From positions 1-34,398 of the forward strand of contig NIVC01003814.1 of the NCBI GenBank assembly GCA_002269645.1: DNA of 34,398 nucleotides. The letters are read 5' to 3'. This document shows, piece after piece, positions 34,042 through 34,398 of this stretch. Below the pieces are notes generated by a model, which saw only the letters and a list, made by a program, of their open reading frames with translations, was not told the DNA's origin and searched no databases. The DNA comes from Macrostomum lignano (taxonomy: Eukaryota). The translations under genes and the position numbers were made by a program. Positions within the stretch are counted from its first letter, which is position 1. Each line of letters opens with the position of its first letter.

Positions 34042-34398
34042 GTAAGATTACTATCCCTAATGAATACAAAGTCAAACTCTTACGTTAGTATGAAAATGTA
34101 GACTTACACTCGCATGCTTTTTTCACCATTTTTCAGGACACAACCACAAATGATCAGCTGACTGATGAAGAATAAACATTTGGAAATGCTTTGACTAAAC
34201 TTTTCAAGCAGGAAATTGTCAAAATTAGCTATAGAAGTGTTGTTTGATTATTGATATCCCAAATGAACTTACTCGAAAAAAACATTTTGTAATTAGGTAA
34301 ATTTCTACAGATTTTAGTAGGACCTGACAAACTAATTAATTATTAATAATTATATGGAATAACGCAAGATTGTTAAACAGATTAAATTATTAGTAGAC

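Overview
Eukaryotic (animal) genomic DNA with spliceosomal GT-AG introns. GC-rich exons, AT-rich introns packed with minisatellites, and many MITEs resemble a free-living flatworm such as Macrostomum; this is an inference from style only. Four genes can be reconstructed by hand: a 3-exon otopetrin (+, 4854-9890, ~586 aa), a 3-exon RBM12-like RRM protein (+, 13616-17164, ~955 aa), a 2-exon 1-Cys peroxiredoxin PRDX6 (-, 21849-19942, 218 aa), and a very large ankyrin-repeat gene (+, from 26246). The ankyrin gene has one 5.4 kb exon broken by two single-base deletions, followed by short phase-2 exons to ~34040. Non-coding DNA holds six minisatellites, hAT-like and Harbinger-like MITEs with target-site duplications (one nested and composite), and a tRNA-derived SINE. 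The most unusual signal is mutational. The first ~4.8 kb is almost free of CpG and looks as if CG was converted not only to TG/CA but on to TA. Variant units of several tandem arrays also repeatedly show CpA/TpG->TpA changes. Together these suggest a possible RIP-like, repeat-directed C->T process in an animal. This is a hypothesis based on by-eye counts and needs computation to test.
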